Shown: positions 11,300 through 21,706 of the stretch, in pieces | Layout: the number at the start of each line of letters is the position of its first letter | Numbering within the stretch: the stretch's first letter is position 1 | NCBI GenBank assembly: GCA_963791725.1 | Contig: CAWBTQ010000006.1 | Location: 111,519-175,518 of the forward strand | Source of the DNA: an uncultured Chloroflexia bacterium | Lineage (GTDB): Bacteria > Chloroflexota > Limnocylindria > Limnocylindrales > CSP1-4 | DNA length: 64,000 nucleotides | Direction: 5' to 3' | The notes under the pieces: model-generated | What the model was told of the DNA's origin: nothing | What the model saw: only the letters and a program-made list of their open reading frames with translations | Databases searched by the model: none | Translations under genes and position numbers: made by a program

Positions 11300-11465
11300 C
11301 TCCTCTTCGGCGAGTCGCCCGGCCCGGGCCGGCCGGATACGACTGCTCGTGCCAGCCTACATCGCCCGGCCAGCGCGAGTAGCCGACGAAACGGACGAGG
11401 CGTCGATTGGCGCGTCCGCCCAATCCGCGGCTCGGCCGCCGGGATCGGCAAGCCGCCCGGTCCTG

Positions 11466-13442
11466 CTACTTGAAGTAGCCGTTCACGTCCAGGATGAGCT
11501 GAGTCTGCCGGCCCGGAGCCGCTCCATACATGAGCTGGGCATCACCGGTGCCGGTCAACGGCGCGATGACTCCGTTGGCCCGGTTGTCGCCGACCGGGAA
11601 GTTGAGGTTGGAGAAAGGCGTGGCCGCGCTGATGCTCGGCCCGATCGCCGCCCAGCCGGCGTAAGTCTGGCTGGTTACGGTCAGGTTCGCGGAGATGGCC
11701 GAGGCTCCGGACGGGACGCCTCCGGCTCCGGTGATCTGGAGGGTCTCCGACGTGGAGGACGGGATGGGTCCGGTCAATCCGATCGCGGATCGAGAGTCGA
11801 GGATCCGAGTCGGGTTGAGGGTGTGGAACTGGGCCCCGCCCCCGGCCGTGAAGTAGCCGAAGATGTCGATCACCAGGTCGAGCCGGCCGGCCACGGAGCT
11901 GATGTAGACGGCGGAGATCGTTCCGTCCGTATTGACCGGGACGATGAAGTTGTTGGCCCTGATGTCGCCGCTCGGGAAGTTGATCGTTGACGAGGACGGC
12001 GTGCTGGTGGCCGTCGGGCCGACGAACACGTAGCCGCGGTAGGTCGGATTGACCACCGTCACGTTACCCGCCACCGCGACCACGCCCGTCGCCGGTATCC
12101 CGCTGACCCCCGCGACCTTGATCTGCCGCGGCGCCCAGCTGGCGAACTGCCCGCTCAGGCCCGTACCGTCTCGGGTGTCGAGAATGCGGTGAGGTCCGTA
12201 CTGGGTATAGCCATCGCCATCTGTGCCGAGGTAGTAACCGGTGACATCGATTATCAGATCGGTGGTGGCGCCGACTCTGCCGTCATACCAGGCGTCGAGC
12301 GTCCCAGACGCCGAGAGTGGCACCGTAACGCCGTTGGCCCGGTCGTCGCCGACCGGGAAATTGATCGTCGAGGAACCGGGCTTGGTCCAGATGGCCGGAC
12401 CGACGAACACGTAGCCGCCGTACGACTGGCCCGTCACCGTGACGTTCGCCGTGACGGCGATCGCACCGCTCGGCACGCCGCCCTTGCCCGCGATCTGGTA
12501 CGTGTAGGACCCGGCGGCGGACAACTTGCCGGTCGGCCCGATCCCCAGACCGCGCGTGTCGACGACTCGGGCCGGGGTGACCGGATGGTAGGTTCCGGAT
12601 TGGCTCACGAAGGGCGGCGTGGAACCGGAGACCGCGCTGTCGGTCGCGAGGCTCGGGATCGAAACCATGGAGCGGTAGTAGACGTCTCCGTCGGGCGCCG
12701 GGTGGTCCAGATCGGGGTCGATCTGAGAGGTGTAGCCGGCGCTGCGGCTGCTGGGCCAGGCCGATACGTGGTTGTGGAAGTCGTCTGCCGACTTCCACAC
12801 GGCATCGATCGTCGAATGCGACGCGAACAGCCCATCGATGTAGGACGACAGGTCGTCGAGGCCGTCGGCGATGACGGCTCTGGCGCCGCCGCGCAGGAAG
12901 CCCGAGGCGTAGCCGTCGACACGCTGCTGCGCAACCGACAAGGACGGCAGTCCCAGGCCCCACTCGTTGTCACCCGACGCGTAGCAGAGGTGGTTGAGAA
13001 GCACCACGGCGTTCGGCGCCAGCGCGAGTTGGGCCATGTAGTTCTCGCCGTAGTACTGGGTGTTGCTGTCGGAGCCTGACGCCGTGGCGTTGAGACCCAT
13101 GCCGTTGTCGGCGTTGGGCTGCAGGTAGCCGACGTATGGATTCGGATAGCCGCTGCCGTGACCGAGGTAGACGAGGATGTTGGCGCCCTGAGCGGCCGCA
13201 GAGACCGCGGCCCACGTGGCGTTGGGGGAGTACACCTTCGTGATGTTGCTCGTGTACTTCGAGAAGACCGCGGCGGCGGCATCGGCATCGGATCGGTACG
13301 AGGCGGTCGTGCCCTGTGTGGCGCCCACCACGATGACAACCTTGGCCTGAGAGGCCGCGGCCTTCGCGCTCTGCGGGGCAACGGCGGACGCGCTCGCCGC
13401 GACGAGCATGCTGACCGCGAGAGCGAGGACGAGCTTTCGCAT
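11466..13442 (-). CDS. Secreted surface protein: putative clan-CD (caspase/gingipain-like) domain plus three C-terminal repeats
   Basis: Signal peptide MRKLVLALAVSMLVAASASA; ILVYLGHG and VVLLNHLCYASG motifs; three ~120-aa repeats beginning PARVVDTRG, PHRILDTRD and PTRILDSRS. Confidence 0.8.
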   Translation of the reverse strand: MRKLVLALAVSMLVAASASAVAPQSAKAAASQAKVVIVVGATQGTTASYRSDADAAAAVFSKYTSNITKVYSPNATWAAVSAAAQGANILVYLGHGSGYPNPYVGYLQPNADNGMGLNATASGSDSNTQYYGENYMAQLALAPNAVVLLNHLCYASGDNEWGLGLPSLSVAQQRVDGYASGFLRGGARAVIADGLDDLSSYIDGLFASHSTIDAVWKSADDFHNHVSAWPSSRSAGYTSQIDPDLDHPAPDGDVYYRSMVSIPSLATDSAVSGSTPPFVSQSGTYHPVTPARVVDTRGLGIGPTGKLSAAGSYTYQIAGKGGVPSGAIAVTANVTVTGQSYGGYVFVGPAIWTKPGSSTINFPVGDDRANGVTVPLSASGTLDAWYDGRVGATTDLIIDVTGYYLGTDGDGYTQYGPHRILDTRDGTGLSGQFASWAPRQIKVAGVSGIPATGVVAVAGNVTVVNPTYRGYVFVGPTATSTPSSSTINFPSGDIRANNFIVPVNTDGTISAVYISSVAGRLDLVIDIFGYFTAGGGAQFHTLNPTRILDSRSAIGLTGPIPSSTSETLQITGAGGVPSGASAISANLTVTSQTYAGWAAIGPSISAATPFSNLNFPVGDNRANGVIAPLTGTGDAQLMYGAAPGRQTQLILDVNGYFK

Positions 13443-13834
13443 GGCGTTCTCCCTGTCGGCCCTGGCGGTTTGCTGAGGCAGCAGATCCGCCGGAGATGCG
13501 CCCATGCGGCGCGGGTCCTATGGGCCGAGTATCGATTGCACCAAGCCTGGTATGCGGCGTTTGCGGGGGCAATCGCGCCTTGGTACCAGTACCGGCAGGT
13601 AGGGTGGGGTTGGTTCTTGTGAACTGAGGTGGGGACGGGGCCAGCCCAGATGGGACTCGAACGGCGCCCATACTAGGCACGCTTTCGGGGTGGGACCCGA
13701 CGCATGAAGGAACCTTGACGGTTTCTTGGCCGTTCCCCGGCAACGTTCGCCCGCGGACACTCACGTGACGGAACGGCGTCCCCGGGACTTCGCGGGGCAG
13801 GTGCCAGGCGATTGGCCGGACGAATCGACCCGCG

Positions 13835-14800
13835 TCAGCCGCGAGCCGGGTCTCGCGACGAGATGCGGTCGATGTACTCGGCCAGTGCGGAGCGCCACTC
13901 ACGCAGAAGGCCGCCCGGAAGCGGCGTCGGCTCCATCACGCCCCAGGCCGGCGGCGTGGACGGGCGTGGCCACCTGCTCATCGGCACGTCTTCCGTGGCG
14001 ACGTCGAGGCCGGCGAGCCGGAGCGTCTCACGCGCCCAATCGGCGCGAGACGCACGTCCCGAGTTGACGACGTGGTGGATGCCGCCGAAACCGCGGCCGC
14101 CCGTACGAACGCTCTCGTCCAGCAACGCCACGATCGCCGCCGCCAGGTCGGGCGCGTAGGTGGGAGTCCCGATCTCGTCGGCGACCAGGCCGAGCGGCTG
14201 CCCCGCCGCCTTTGCCCGTTCCGCGGCGGCGAGGATCTTCTGCGGGAAGTCGGCCCCGGGCAGGCCGAAGAGCCAGGCGGTCCGCACGATCGCAAGCGGT
14301 ACGCCAGCCTCGGATTTGCGGCTGCCGGACTCCAGTGCGGCCGACTCGAACTCGCGGCCGGCGGCGCCATAGGCCGCTCGAGCCGCCAGCTCGCCAGCCG
14401 CCTTGGCCCTGGCGTAGCTGTTCTGCGGGTTCGCCGGGTCGGTCGGCCGGTACGGGCTGCCATCGATTCGCAGGCCGTCGAACACCTCGTTGGTCGACAC
14501 CATGACCATTCCGGCGCCGGCTCTTACGCATGCCTCCGCCATCTCACCGACGGCCGCGCCGTTGCGCCTGAGGGCCAGGGCGGGGTCCAGGGCACAGCCG
14601 TCGACATCAGTCCATGCCGCCGCGTGGATGACCACATCGGGCCTGTGGCGTGAAACGAGCCGTTCGGCCGAGCTGGGATCGTCCAGGTCGTGGTCCGGCA
14701 GATCCCAGGCGATGGTCTCTGCGACCGCCGGCGAATCTGAGAGGGCGGCGAGGAGGCTCGTCCCGAGGCGCCCACCGGCACCCGTGACGGCCACCCGCAT
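13835..14800 (-). CDS. rfbD: dTDP-4-dehydrorhamnose reductase-like SDR
   Basis: VAVTGAGGRLG, IHAAAWTDVD, VSTNEVFDG, YARAK, VADEIGTPTYAPDLA. Confidence 0.88.
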   Translation of the reverse strand: MRVAVTGAGGRLGTSLLAALSDSPAVAETIAWDLPDHDLDDPSSAERLVSRHRPDVVIHAAAWTDVDGCALDPALALRRNGAAVGEMAEACVRAGAGMVMVSTNEVFDGLRIDGSPYRPTDPANPQNSYARAKAAGELAARAAYGAAGREFESAALESGSRKSEAGVPLAIVRTAWLFGLPGADFPQKILAAAERAKAAGQPLGLVADEIGTPTYAPDLAAAIVALLDESVRTGGRGFGGIHHVVNSGRASRADWARETLRLAGLDVATEDVPMSRWPRPSTPPAWGVMEPTPLPGGLLREWRSALAEYIDRISSRDPARG

Positions 14801-14816
14801 CACCCGGCGGTCTCCA

Positions 14817-15908
14817 TCACGTTGCCTCGCGCGACCCGGCCAGGCGGGCAGCGTACTGGCGGCTGTAGTAGGCGTCCCACTCGCCCGACTTGATGGATCG
14901 CCACCAGTCCTTGTTCTCGAGATACCACTGCACTGTGGCGGCTAGACCATCCTCGAACTTCGTCCTGTTGGTCCAGCCCAGAGCTTCGAGCTTGGTGCTA
15001 TCCATGGCGTAGCGCCGGTCGTGGCCCGGGCGATCGTCCACGAGGCGGACGAGCGACCACGGTTTGCCGAGGAGCCCCAGCAGCGCCTCGACGACCTCGC
15101 GGTTCGAGCGCTCGTTGTTGCCGGCGACGTTGTAAGTCTCGCCCGAGACGCCGCGTTCGAGCACGTGGCCGATCGCACCGGCGTGGTCGGTGACGTAGAG
15201 CCAGTCGCGTCGCTGCAGCCCGTCGCCATAGAGGGGCAGCGGTTGGTCCTCGATGGCGTTGGTGATGAACAGGGGGATCAGCTTCTCGGGATGGTGGTAT
15301 GGCCCGTACGTGTTGGAGCCGCGAGTCAGCACAACGTCCAGCCCGTACGTGACGAAATAGGAGCGGACCAGCAACTCCCCGGCGGCCTTGGCCGCCGAAT
15401 ATGGCGAGCGAGGTTCCAGGCGGTCGTCTTCGCGGCTTTCACCGGACTCCACCGAACCGTAGACCTCATCAGTGGAGACCTGGAGAAACCTGGGGGCGAC
15501 CGCGCGCTCTCCCTTGACCGCCCGTTCGCGCTCGCGGCGGCAGGCTTCGAGCAGGACGTGAACGCCGAGGACATCCGTGCGGAGGAAGGCCTCCGGATCG
15601 AGGATCGAGCGGTCGACATGCGATTCGGCGGCGAAGTTGACGACGGCGTCGACCTCACCGACGAGCGGGGCCACGACGGCCGGATCGGCGATGTCGCCCA
15701 CCACGAAGCGGAGGCGCGCCGCCGTTTCCGGGTCGGCGTCAACCGGGGCGAGATTGGCCCGATTGCCGGCGTAGGTCAGCTTGTCGAGGACGGTGATGGT
15801 CGTGCCGTCGCGCCTGCCCAGGACGTCCCGGACGAAGCAGGACCCGATGAAGCCCGCGCCGCCGGTAACGAGCAGCCTGACGAACCGCCGATTCCCCGGT
15901 GTGCTCAC
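14817..15908 (-). CDS. rfbB: dTDP-glucose 4,6-dehydratase
   Basis: LLVTGGAGFIGS, DKLTYAGN, NFAAESHVDRSI, VSTDEVYGS, PYSAAKA, DRPGHDRRYAMD. Confidence 0.96.
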   Translation of the reverse strand: MSTPGNRRFVRLLVTGGAGFIGSCFVRDVLGRRDGTTITVLDKLTYAGNRANLAPVDADPETAARLRFVVGDIADPAVVAPLVGEVDAVVNFAAESHVDRSILDPEAFLRTDVLGVHVLLEACRRERERAVKGERAVAPRFLQVSTDEVYGSVESGESREDDRLEPRSPYSAAKAAGELLVRSYFVTYGLDVVLTRGSNTYGPYHHPEKLIPLFITNAIEDQPLPLYGDGLQRRDWLYVTDHAGAIGHVLERGVSGETYNVAGNNERSNREVVEALLGLLGKPWSLVRLVDDRPGHDRRYAMDSTKLEALGWTNRTKFEDGLAATVQWYLENKDWWRSIKSGEWDAYYSRQYAARLAGSREAT

Positions 15909-16663
15909 GGGGTTGGCCTGGCGGGCGGGGGGACGAGCCGGCCGGCGCCCGATTCCTGCTCGGCCAGCTCCGCGGCCCGGATGAGCGAGGTTACCGTCCC
16001 GGCGTCCGTCCACATACCCTCGAACGTCGGCGCAAAGAGCCGGCCCGGGAGGTAGTGGTTGAGCAGGTCCGTGATCTCGAGCTCTCCGCGCCGGGAGGGA
16101 ACGAGGTGGTCGACGACGGCGAAGGCATCCGGTCGGAGAAAGTACACGCCGATCGGGATCAGATTGCTCTTCGGCTGGGCCGGCTTCTCCTCGAAGCCGA
16201 CGACTTTCCCCGAAGCGTCCAGCTCCGCCACTCCAAACCGCTCCGGGTCGGCGACCTCGTATAGCAGCGTTCCGGCCCCCCAGGGGCCCGCCTCGAACTC
16301 GCGCGCGGTCTCCGCCAGCGGCGGTCCCAGGAGGACGTTGTCGCCGAGTACGCAGCAGAACGCGTCGTCGCCGACGAAGTCGCGAGCCAGACCGATGGCA
16401 TGGGCGATGCCGAGCGCTCCGCGCTGGTAGCGATAGGTGAGATCCAGGCCAAAATGCTCGCCGTCCGCGAGCAGTTCGACGACGTCGCCGACGCTCTTCC
16501 CGCCCACGATGACCATGACTTCCCTTATGCCCATCCCCGCCAGGGTGGCGATCGGGTAGTAGATCATCGGCCGGTCGTAGATCGGCAGCAGGTGCTTGTT
16601 GGTGACGATGGTGAGCGGGAACAGGCGAGTGGCCGTGCCTCCCGCCAGAACGAGACCCTTCAC
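15905..16663 (-). CDS. rfbA: Glucose-1-phosphate thymidylyltransferase (short form)
   Basis: KGLVLAGGTATRLFPLT..NKHLLPIYDRPMIYYP, GDNV, RGELEITD, WTDAGT. Confidence 0.9.
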   Translation of the reverse strand: MKGLVLAGGTATRLFPLTIVTNKHLLPIYDRPMIYYPIATLAGMGIREVMVIVGGKSVGDVVELLADGEHFGLDLTYRYQRGALGIAHAIGLARDFVGDDAFCCVLGDNVLLGPPLAETAREFEAGPWGAGTLLYEVADPERFGVAELDASGKVVGFEEKPAQPKSNLIPIGVYFLRPDAFAVVDHLVPSRRGELEITDLLNHYLPGRLFAPTFEGMWTDAGTVTSLIRAAELAEQESGAGRLVPPPARPTP

Positions 16664-16764
16664 TCAGTTTCCATGAGCATCAAGTTCCTCGAGCAGGACG
16701 GCCGTGGGCGTCCAGGTCGTGAGCGTAGCAGGTTTGAGATGCCCTCCGCCCGCGCCGCAGATCG

Positions 16765-17807
16765 TCAGTAACCCGACGTCGGAAGCAGAGTCGGCTTGAC
16801 CGTGGCTCTCGGGGTCGGCGTGCTCACCGGGGCGCCCGACCGGGTGGGGCCGGCGGAGGCGCTGGCGCGGGGAGAGCTGCCGGGACTGGCCGAGCTGCCG
16901 GGGCTAACGGAGCTGCCGGGGCACGGAATGATCGTGGATCCGAAGCCACCGTGGTAGTCCGTGATGACGAGCAGGAACGTGGCGTCGGCCAGGTGTGCGG
17001 CGGGTGTGATGACCGCGTTCTGGACGACCGCGTTCGGGTCGTTGGAAACTGAGGTTATCGTGCCGATGAGCAGGCCGGGCGGGTAGGGGGATATGTCGCA
17101 GGTGCCCGGGAGCACCTCGCCGGCCGTGACCACGGGCCGGCCCTTGAGCGTGGCCGCGACGTCCGGTGTCACGTCCACGTACTGCATCTGGAGCTGGCCG
17201 TTGACCGATCCCGAGATCGTGCCGGTGGCACCGGACTTCGCTTCCTTGCCGATCACTACCGCATTCGAGTCGTGATGAGCAGGACGGTGGAGACCGTGGC
17301 GTAGACCGTCTGAACCCGCCCCACCAGCGCTCCTCCGGCGTCGATCACCACCTGGCCTTCGGCGATCCCGTCGTCGCTGCCCTCGTTGATGATCAGCGTC
17401 CGCGGCCGCACGTCTGAGATGTCTCGCTCGATGACCCGGACGGCCGTGCTCGCGTATGGGATGCCTGCCGCGGCGGCGGTGATCTGCGACCAATCGTCGT
17501 TGAGCTTGGCGATGGCCGGCATCCGGTTCAGCTGCTCCTGGAGCTGCTGGTTCTGTTGGGTGAGCAGCTCGTTCTGCGTTCGGAGCCGGTCGATCTGCGT
17601 CAGGGCCGACCAGTAAGACCCGGCCGTGTCGGCCGCGTTGTTGAGGACGGTCTCGATCGGTCTGGCCGCCCAGTTCACGGCCGACTGGAGGTCGTGAGCG
17701 GTCGTCGAGCCGGATGCGCCCATCAGGCCGACGCTGATGATCAGGAGCGTTCCGAAGGCCGTCCATTCGCGACGGATGGTCCGTCTGGTAGCTGAGATCG
17801 CGTTCAT
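16765..17807 (-). CDS. mreC: Rod shape-determining protein MreC (frameshift at ~17270)
   Basis: N-terminal TM and coiled coil, LIINEGSDDGIAEGQVVI...LVGRV, TVLLITD, YPPGLLIGTI. Lies directly downstream of mreB. Confidence 0.88.
16855..16925 (-). repeat. Degenerate 18-bp tandem repeat encoding PGSS(V/A)S in the MreC tail
   Basis: gagctgccggg recurs with an 18-bp period; protein reads PGSSVS-PGSSAS-PGSSPR. Confidence 0.7.
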
Positions 17808-17832
17808 GCGGCCACCCTGGCCAGGCCGGTCG

Positions 17833-18891
<1,059 letters not shown>

Positions 18892-19195
18892 GATGCGAGG
18901 CTATTCCTTCATATCGTGGCGCTGGCTCCCCCACGATGGGGACGGGATAACCAGCCTGAGGACCCGGGTGATCGAGTGCTCCGAGAGCCTCGGATTGTGA
19001 CGGGGTGCCCCAATCCAATTTGCGGGAACTTCAGTCGACCCGCCCCGATCATGGAAAGCTTGAGCAGTATACGCGCCCGATCACGAGCGAGCGCTTTCGA
19101 GGCCCGAGCGTGCTCGCCGGGCTGCGGCAGTTTACCCCTCCCGTGCAAGTGCCTGCTCCGCATTTGTCAACGTCAGGAGGAACGCCACGGCTGTC

Positions 19196-19882
19196 TCAGC
19201 CGGCCCGGTCGAATTCCACGCCTCGATCCCGCAGAGAGACGAACCCGTCGCCGGCGATGATGAGGTGATCGAGGAGCTGGATGTCGAGGAGGCGGCCGGC
19301 CGCCAGCGCCTCGGCCGTGAGCCGCAGATCGTCAGGGCTCGGCGTGGAATCGCCCGATGGGTGGTTGTGGACCAGGATCACGCCCGTGGCGTTGAGGCGG
19401 ATGGCGTCCCTGAACAGCTCGCCGATACGCACCAGGCTCGACGAGACGTTGCCCTGGTAGACGGTCGATTGGCGCAGCACGGCATTGCGGGTGTTCAGCA
19501 GGATGACTCGCAACTCCTCGCGCTCCAGATACCCCATCTGCGGCACGAGCCTCTCGCCCACGTCGCGAGGCGCACGTACGGTCCAGCGGCCCTGCGGCCA
19601 GTCGGCCACGACGCGTCTGCCCAGCTCGAAGGCGGCGCTCAGCTGGGCCGCCCGCACGGGTCCCACACCGGTCACCTCTTCGAGCTCACCGTCCGTGGCG
19701 CGGGCCAGCCCGACGAGGCCTTCGTGAAGTCGCAACGCATCCGCTGCGGCCTCGACTGCGGTCTTGCCGCGGACGCCCGAGCCCCACAGGACTCCTATCA
19801 ACTCCGCCGCGCTCAGGGCGCCCGCGCCGTGGTGTGCGAGACGCTCCCTCGGCCGCTCGGAGAGAGGCAGGAAGCCCGCCAT
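19196..19882 (-). CDS. radC: RadC/JAB-domain protein
   Basis: ERPRERL, GVGPVRAAQLSAAFELGRR, ILVHNHPSGDSTPSPDD, LLDHLII. Classic radC-mreBC synteny. Confidence 0.95.
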   Translation of the reverse strand: MAGFLPLSERPRERLAHHGAGALSAAELIGVLWGSGVRGKTAVEAAADALRLHEGLVGLARATDGELEEVTGVGPVRAAQLSAAFELGRRVVADWPQGRWTVRAPRDVGERLVPQMGYLEREELRVILLNTRNAVLRQSTVYQGNVSSSLVRIGELFRDAIRLNATGVILVHNHPSGDSTPSPDDLRLTAEALAAGRLLDIQLLDHLIIAGDGFVSLRDRGVEFDRAG

Positions 19883-20219
19883 CTCCCTGACGCCTCGGCT
19901 CGCATCGCCGGCCCCGCGACGAGGCGCTCCTTGCCCGTCCAGCCCGAGTGACCGACCCACCGAACCGAATCCTCCAGGCGGCGAACGGGTGCGCAGGCTG
20001 CCCCCGGAGCCAAACGACGGAAGCCCGCCAATTCCTTCCGCCGTCGGGCTCCGGGAACGCAAGCGAGCCTACGCGGCGCCGCTTACCGGTCGCCCAACCG
20101 CGGCTTATCGGCCCTTCCCTCCTCGCCATTCGGCCCGACGCGGCCCAAACGGGTCCCCGGCGGGAGTGGAAATCACGCCGCCGGCGGTGGCTATCGAAGC
20201 GCAGCGGTCGGTCGTCGCC

Positions 20220-21674
20220 TCAGAGGAATGAGACCAGGCTTATGAGCCCGTTGAAGCCGCCGTGCAGGATTCCCGACGCCAGTATCGAACGCCGGCGCAT
20301 GTACAGCCAGCTGAGGGCGATCGCCACCGGGATCCTGGCGCCGAAATTGAAGATAGCCGCCCGAAGGGCGACGCCGCCATCACTGCCGGCCTGGACGTTC
20401 ATCACGTGGATGAACGCAAAGAACAGCGAAGCGCGCAGGATCGTAGAGCTCCGACTCAAGGATCGGCCCCAGGCATTCGTCGCGAAGCCGCGGAAGAAGG
20501 TCTCCTCGCCGATCGGGACGATGACGGCAATTGCGACGAGGGTCAGCAGCCGGTCGAAACCGCTCATGTGCGATGGAATCTGGGTCGCCACGTCCGTTGG
20601 ATGCAGGCCGAGTACGAGCAACATGGCCGACTCGAGGATGCTCGAGACGATCATCAACGGGAGGACCATGGCCAACGGCACCAGGATGTTGGCCAGCCTG
20701 GTACCGGTCATTCGAGAGCGCCATGTCTCGACCGCCCCGGTCGGCCTCCCGATCGCGTCCCAGGCCGGTGTCGAAGCGGTCCAGTCGTCCGGGCCGGGAG
20801 CCAGCTGCCCGGGCCGCGCGATGTCGTGCCAGCTCAAGCCGCCCGTTCGCACGACGAGGAGGTGGACGAGGCTGAGATACACGGCCAGATACAGCAGGAT
20901 CAGCACGACTGTTGCGGGAGCCGAGTCGAGATCGACGTTGAGGGACCTGAGGACGAACTCGAGCGGCAGCTGGATCGCCGTGATCATCGAAATGAGCGTG
21001 CCTGACACCAGCAACGGCGACGGGCCGTGGTAGTCCCGCCAGCCGTCGGCCCGCCGCTGGCGCGCCTGGGCGACGGCCCACCCGGCGGATCCGATGGCGG
21101 CGGCGATGGCCACCGCCTCGACGATCAACCACGGCGGGATGGGCCCGGAGTCGGGGGTGAATCCGGCTCTGACGCCTATCAAGTACAGCAAGAGCGTGGC
21201 GAAGCAGGGCAGGCAGACGATCAGGCTGAGCAGGTAGAGCCGTGCGGACGCTCGTCCTTCAATTGTGAGCAGGGAACGCCGCGGGGCGTCTGGGTGGAAA
21301 CTGCCCGGCGGCTCGAGGACAGGTGCAATCGCGGGTGGATTGGAGTAGCCCCAGGGGACGTATCCAACGGGCCAGAAGGCCGGAGCCGGAATCCATGGCG
21401 TCGGGTAGGCTCGCGGCCACTGACCCGGCTGCTGCCACTGACCCGGCTGCTGCCACTGACCCGGCTGCTGCCACTGACCCGGCTGCTGCCACTGACCCGG
21501 CTGCTGCCACCCGCTCGGCTGGGGCGACTGCCACGTCGCTGGCGGAATTGGCGCCCCCTGGGCACCCTCCGAGTTCCTCGGAGCGTCGCTCTCGGCTGGC
21601 CTGCGCCCGACCAATTCCGCCCCAGGCTCAGCGTCAGCGCCTGTGCGCTCCGTGTCTCGGGGGTCTTCGGGCAT
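20220..21674 (-). CDS. CPBP-family intramembrane metalloprotease with a long N-terminal extension
   Basis: PIGEETFFRG, FAFIH and GILHGGFN motifs; several TM helices; low-complexity N-terminus. Confidence 0.88.
   Translation of the reverse strand: MPEDPRDTERTGADAEPGAELVGRRPAESDAPRNSEGAQGAPIPPATWQSPQPSGWQQPGQWQQPGQWQQPGQWQQPGQWQQPGQWPRAYPTPWIPAPAFWPVGYVPWGYSNPPAIAPVLEPPGSFHPDAPRRSLLTIEGRASARLYLLSLIVCLPCFATLLLYLIGVRAGFTPDSGPIPPWLIVEAVAIAAAIGSAGWAVAQARQRRADGWRDYHGPSPLLVSGTLISMITAIQLPLEFVLRSLNVDLDSAPATVVLILLYLAVYLSLVHLLVVRTGGLSWHDIARPGQLAPGPDDWTASTPAWDAIGRPTGAVETWRSRMTGTRLANILVPLAMVLPLMIVSSILESAMLLVLGLHPTDVATQIPSHMSGFDRLLTLVAIAVIVPIGEETFFRGFATNAWGRSLSRSSTILRASLFFAFIHVMNVQAGSDGGVALRAAIFNFGARIPVAIALSWLYMRRRSILASGILHGGFNGLISLVSFL
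21421..21510 (-). repeat. Perfect 18-bp tandem repeat x5 (tgacccggctgctgccac) encoding WQQPGQ repeats
   Basis: Five identical units with no spacers, in frame within the CPBP gene. Confidence 0.97.
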
Positions 21675-21706
21675 GAGGCGGGTTGAGGCCTCCGAGGATG
21701 CTCGCC

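Noticed and set aside
9294-11423. 709-aa ORF suggesting an acetyltransferase-aminotransferase fusion
   Set aside because: A chimera of an off-frame upstream region, WbpD and the WbpE start, caused by an indel at ~9895. An alternative frame ends at an ATGA overlap at 9836.
13640-13700. tRNA-like GTTCGAGTCCC on the minus strand
   Set aside because: The T-stem does not pair, and there is no D-arm, anticodon arm or acceptor stem.
19196-19882. radC as a mobile element marker
   Set aside because: It is the full-length chromosomal type in radC-mreBC context, with no integrase, transposase or att sites nearby.
20003-20055. SRP (4.5S) RNA call for the hairpin containing GGAAGGAA
   Set aside because: It lacks the conserved CAGG/AGCAG domain IV loop.
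21421-21510. CRISPR-like array
   Set aside because: Contiguous 18-bp units without spacers, in frame in a CDS, and no cas genes.
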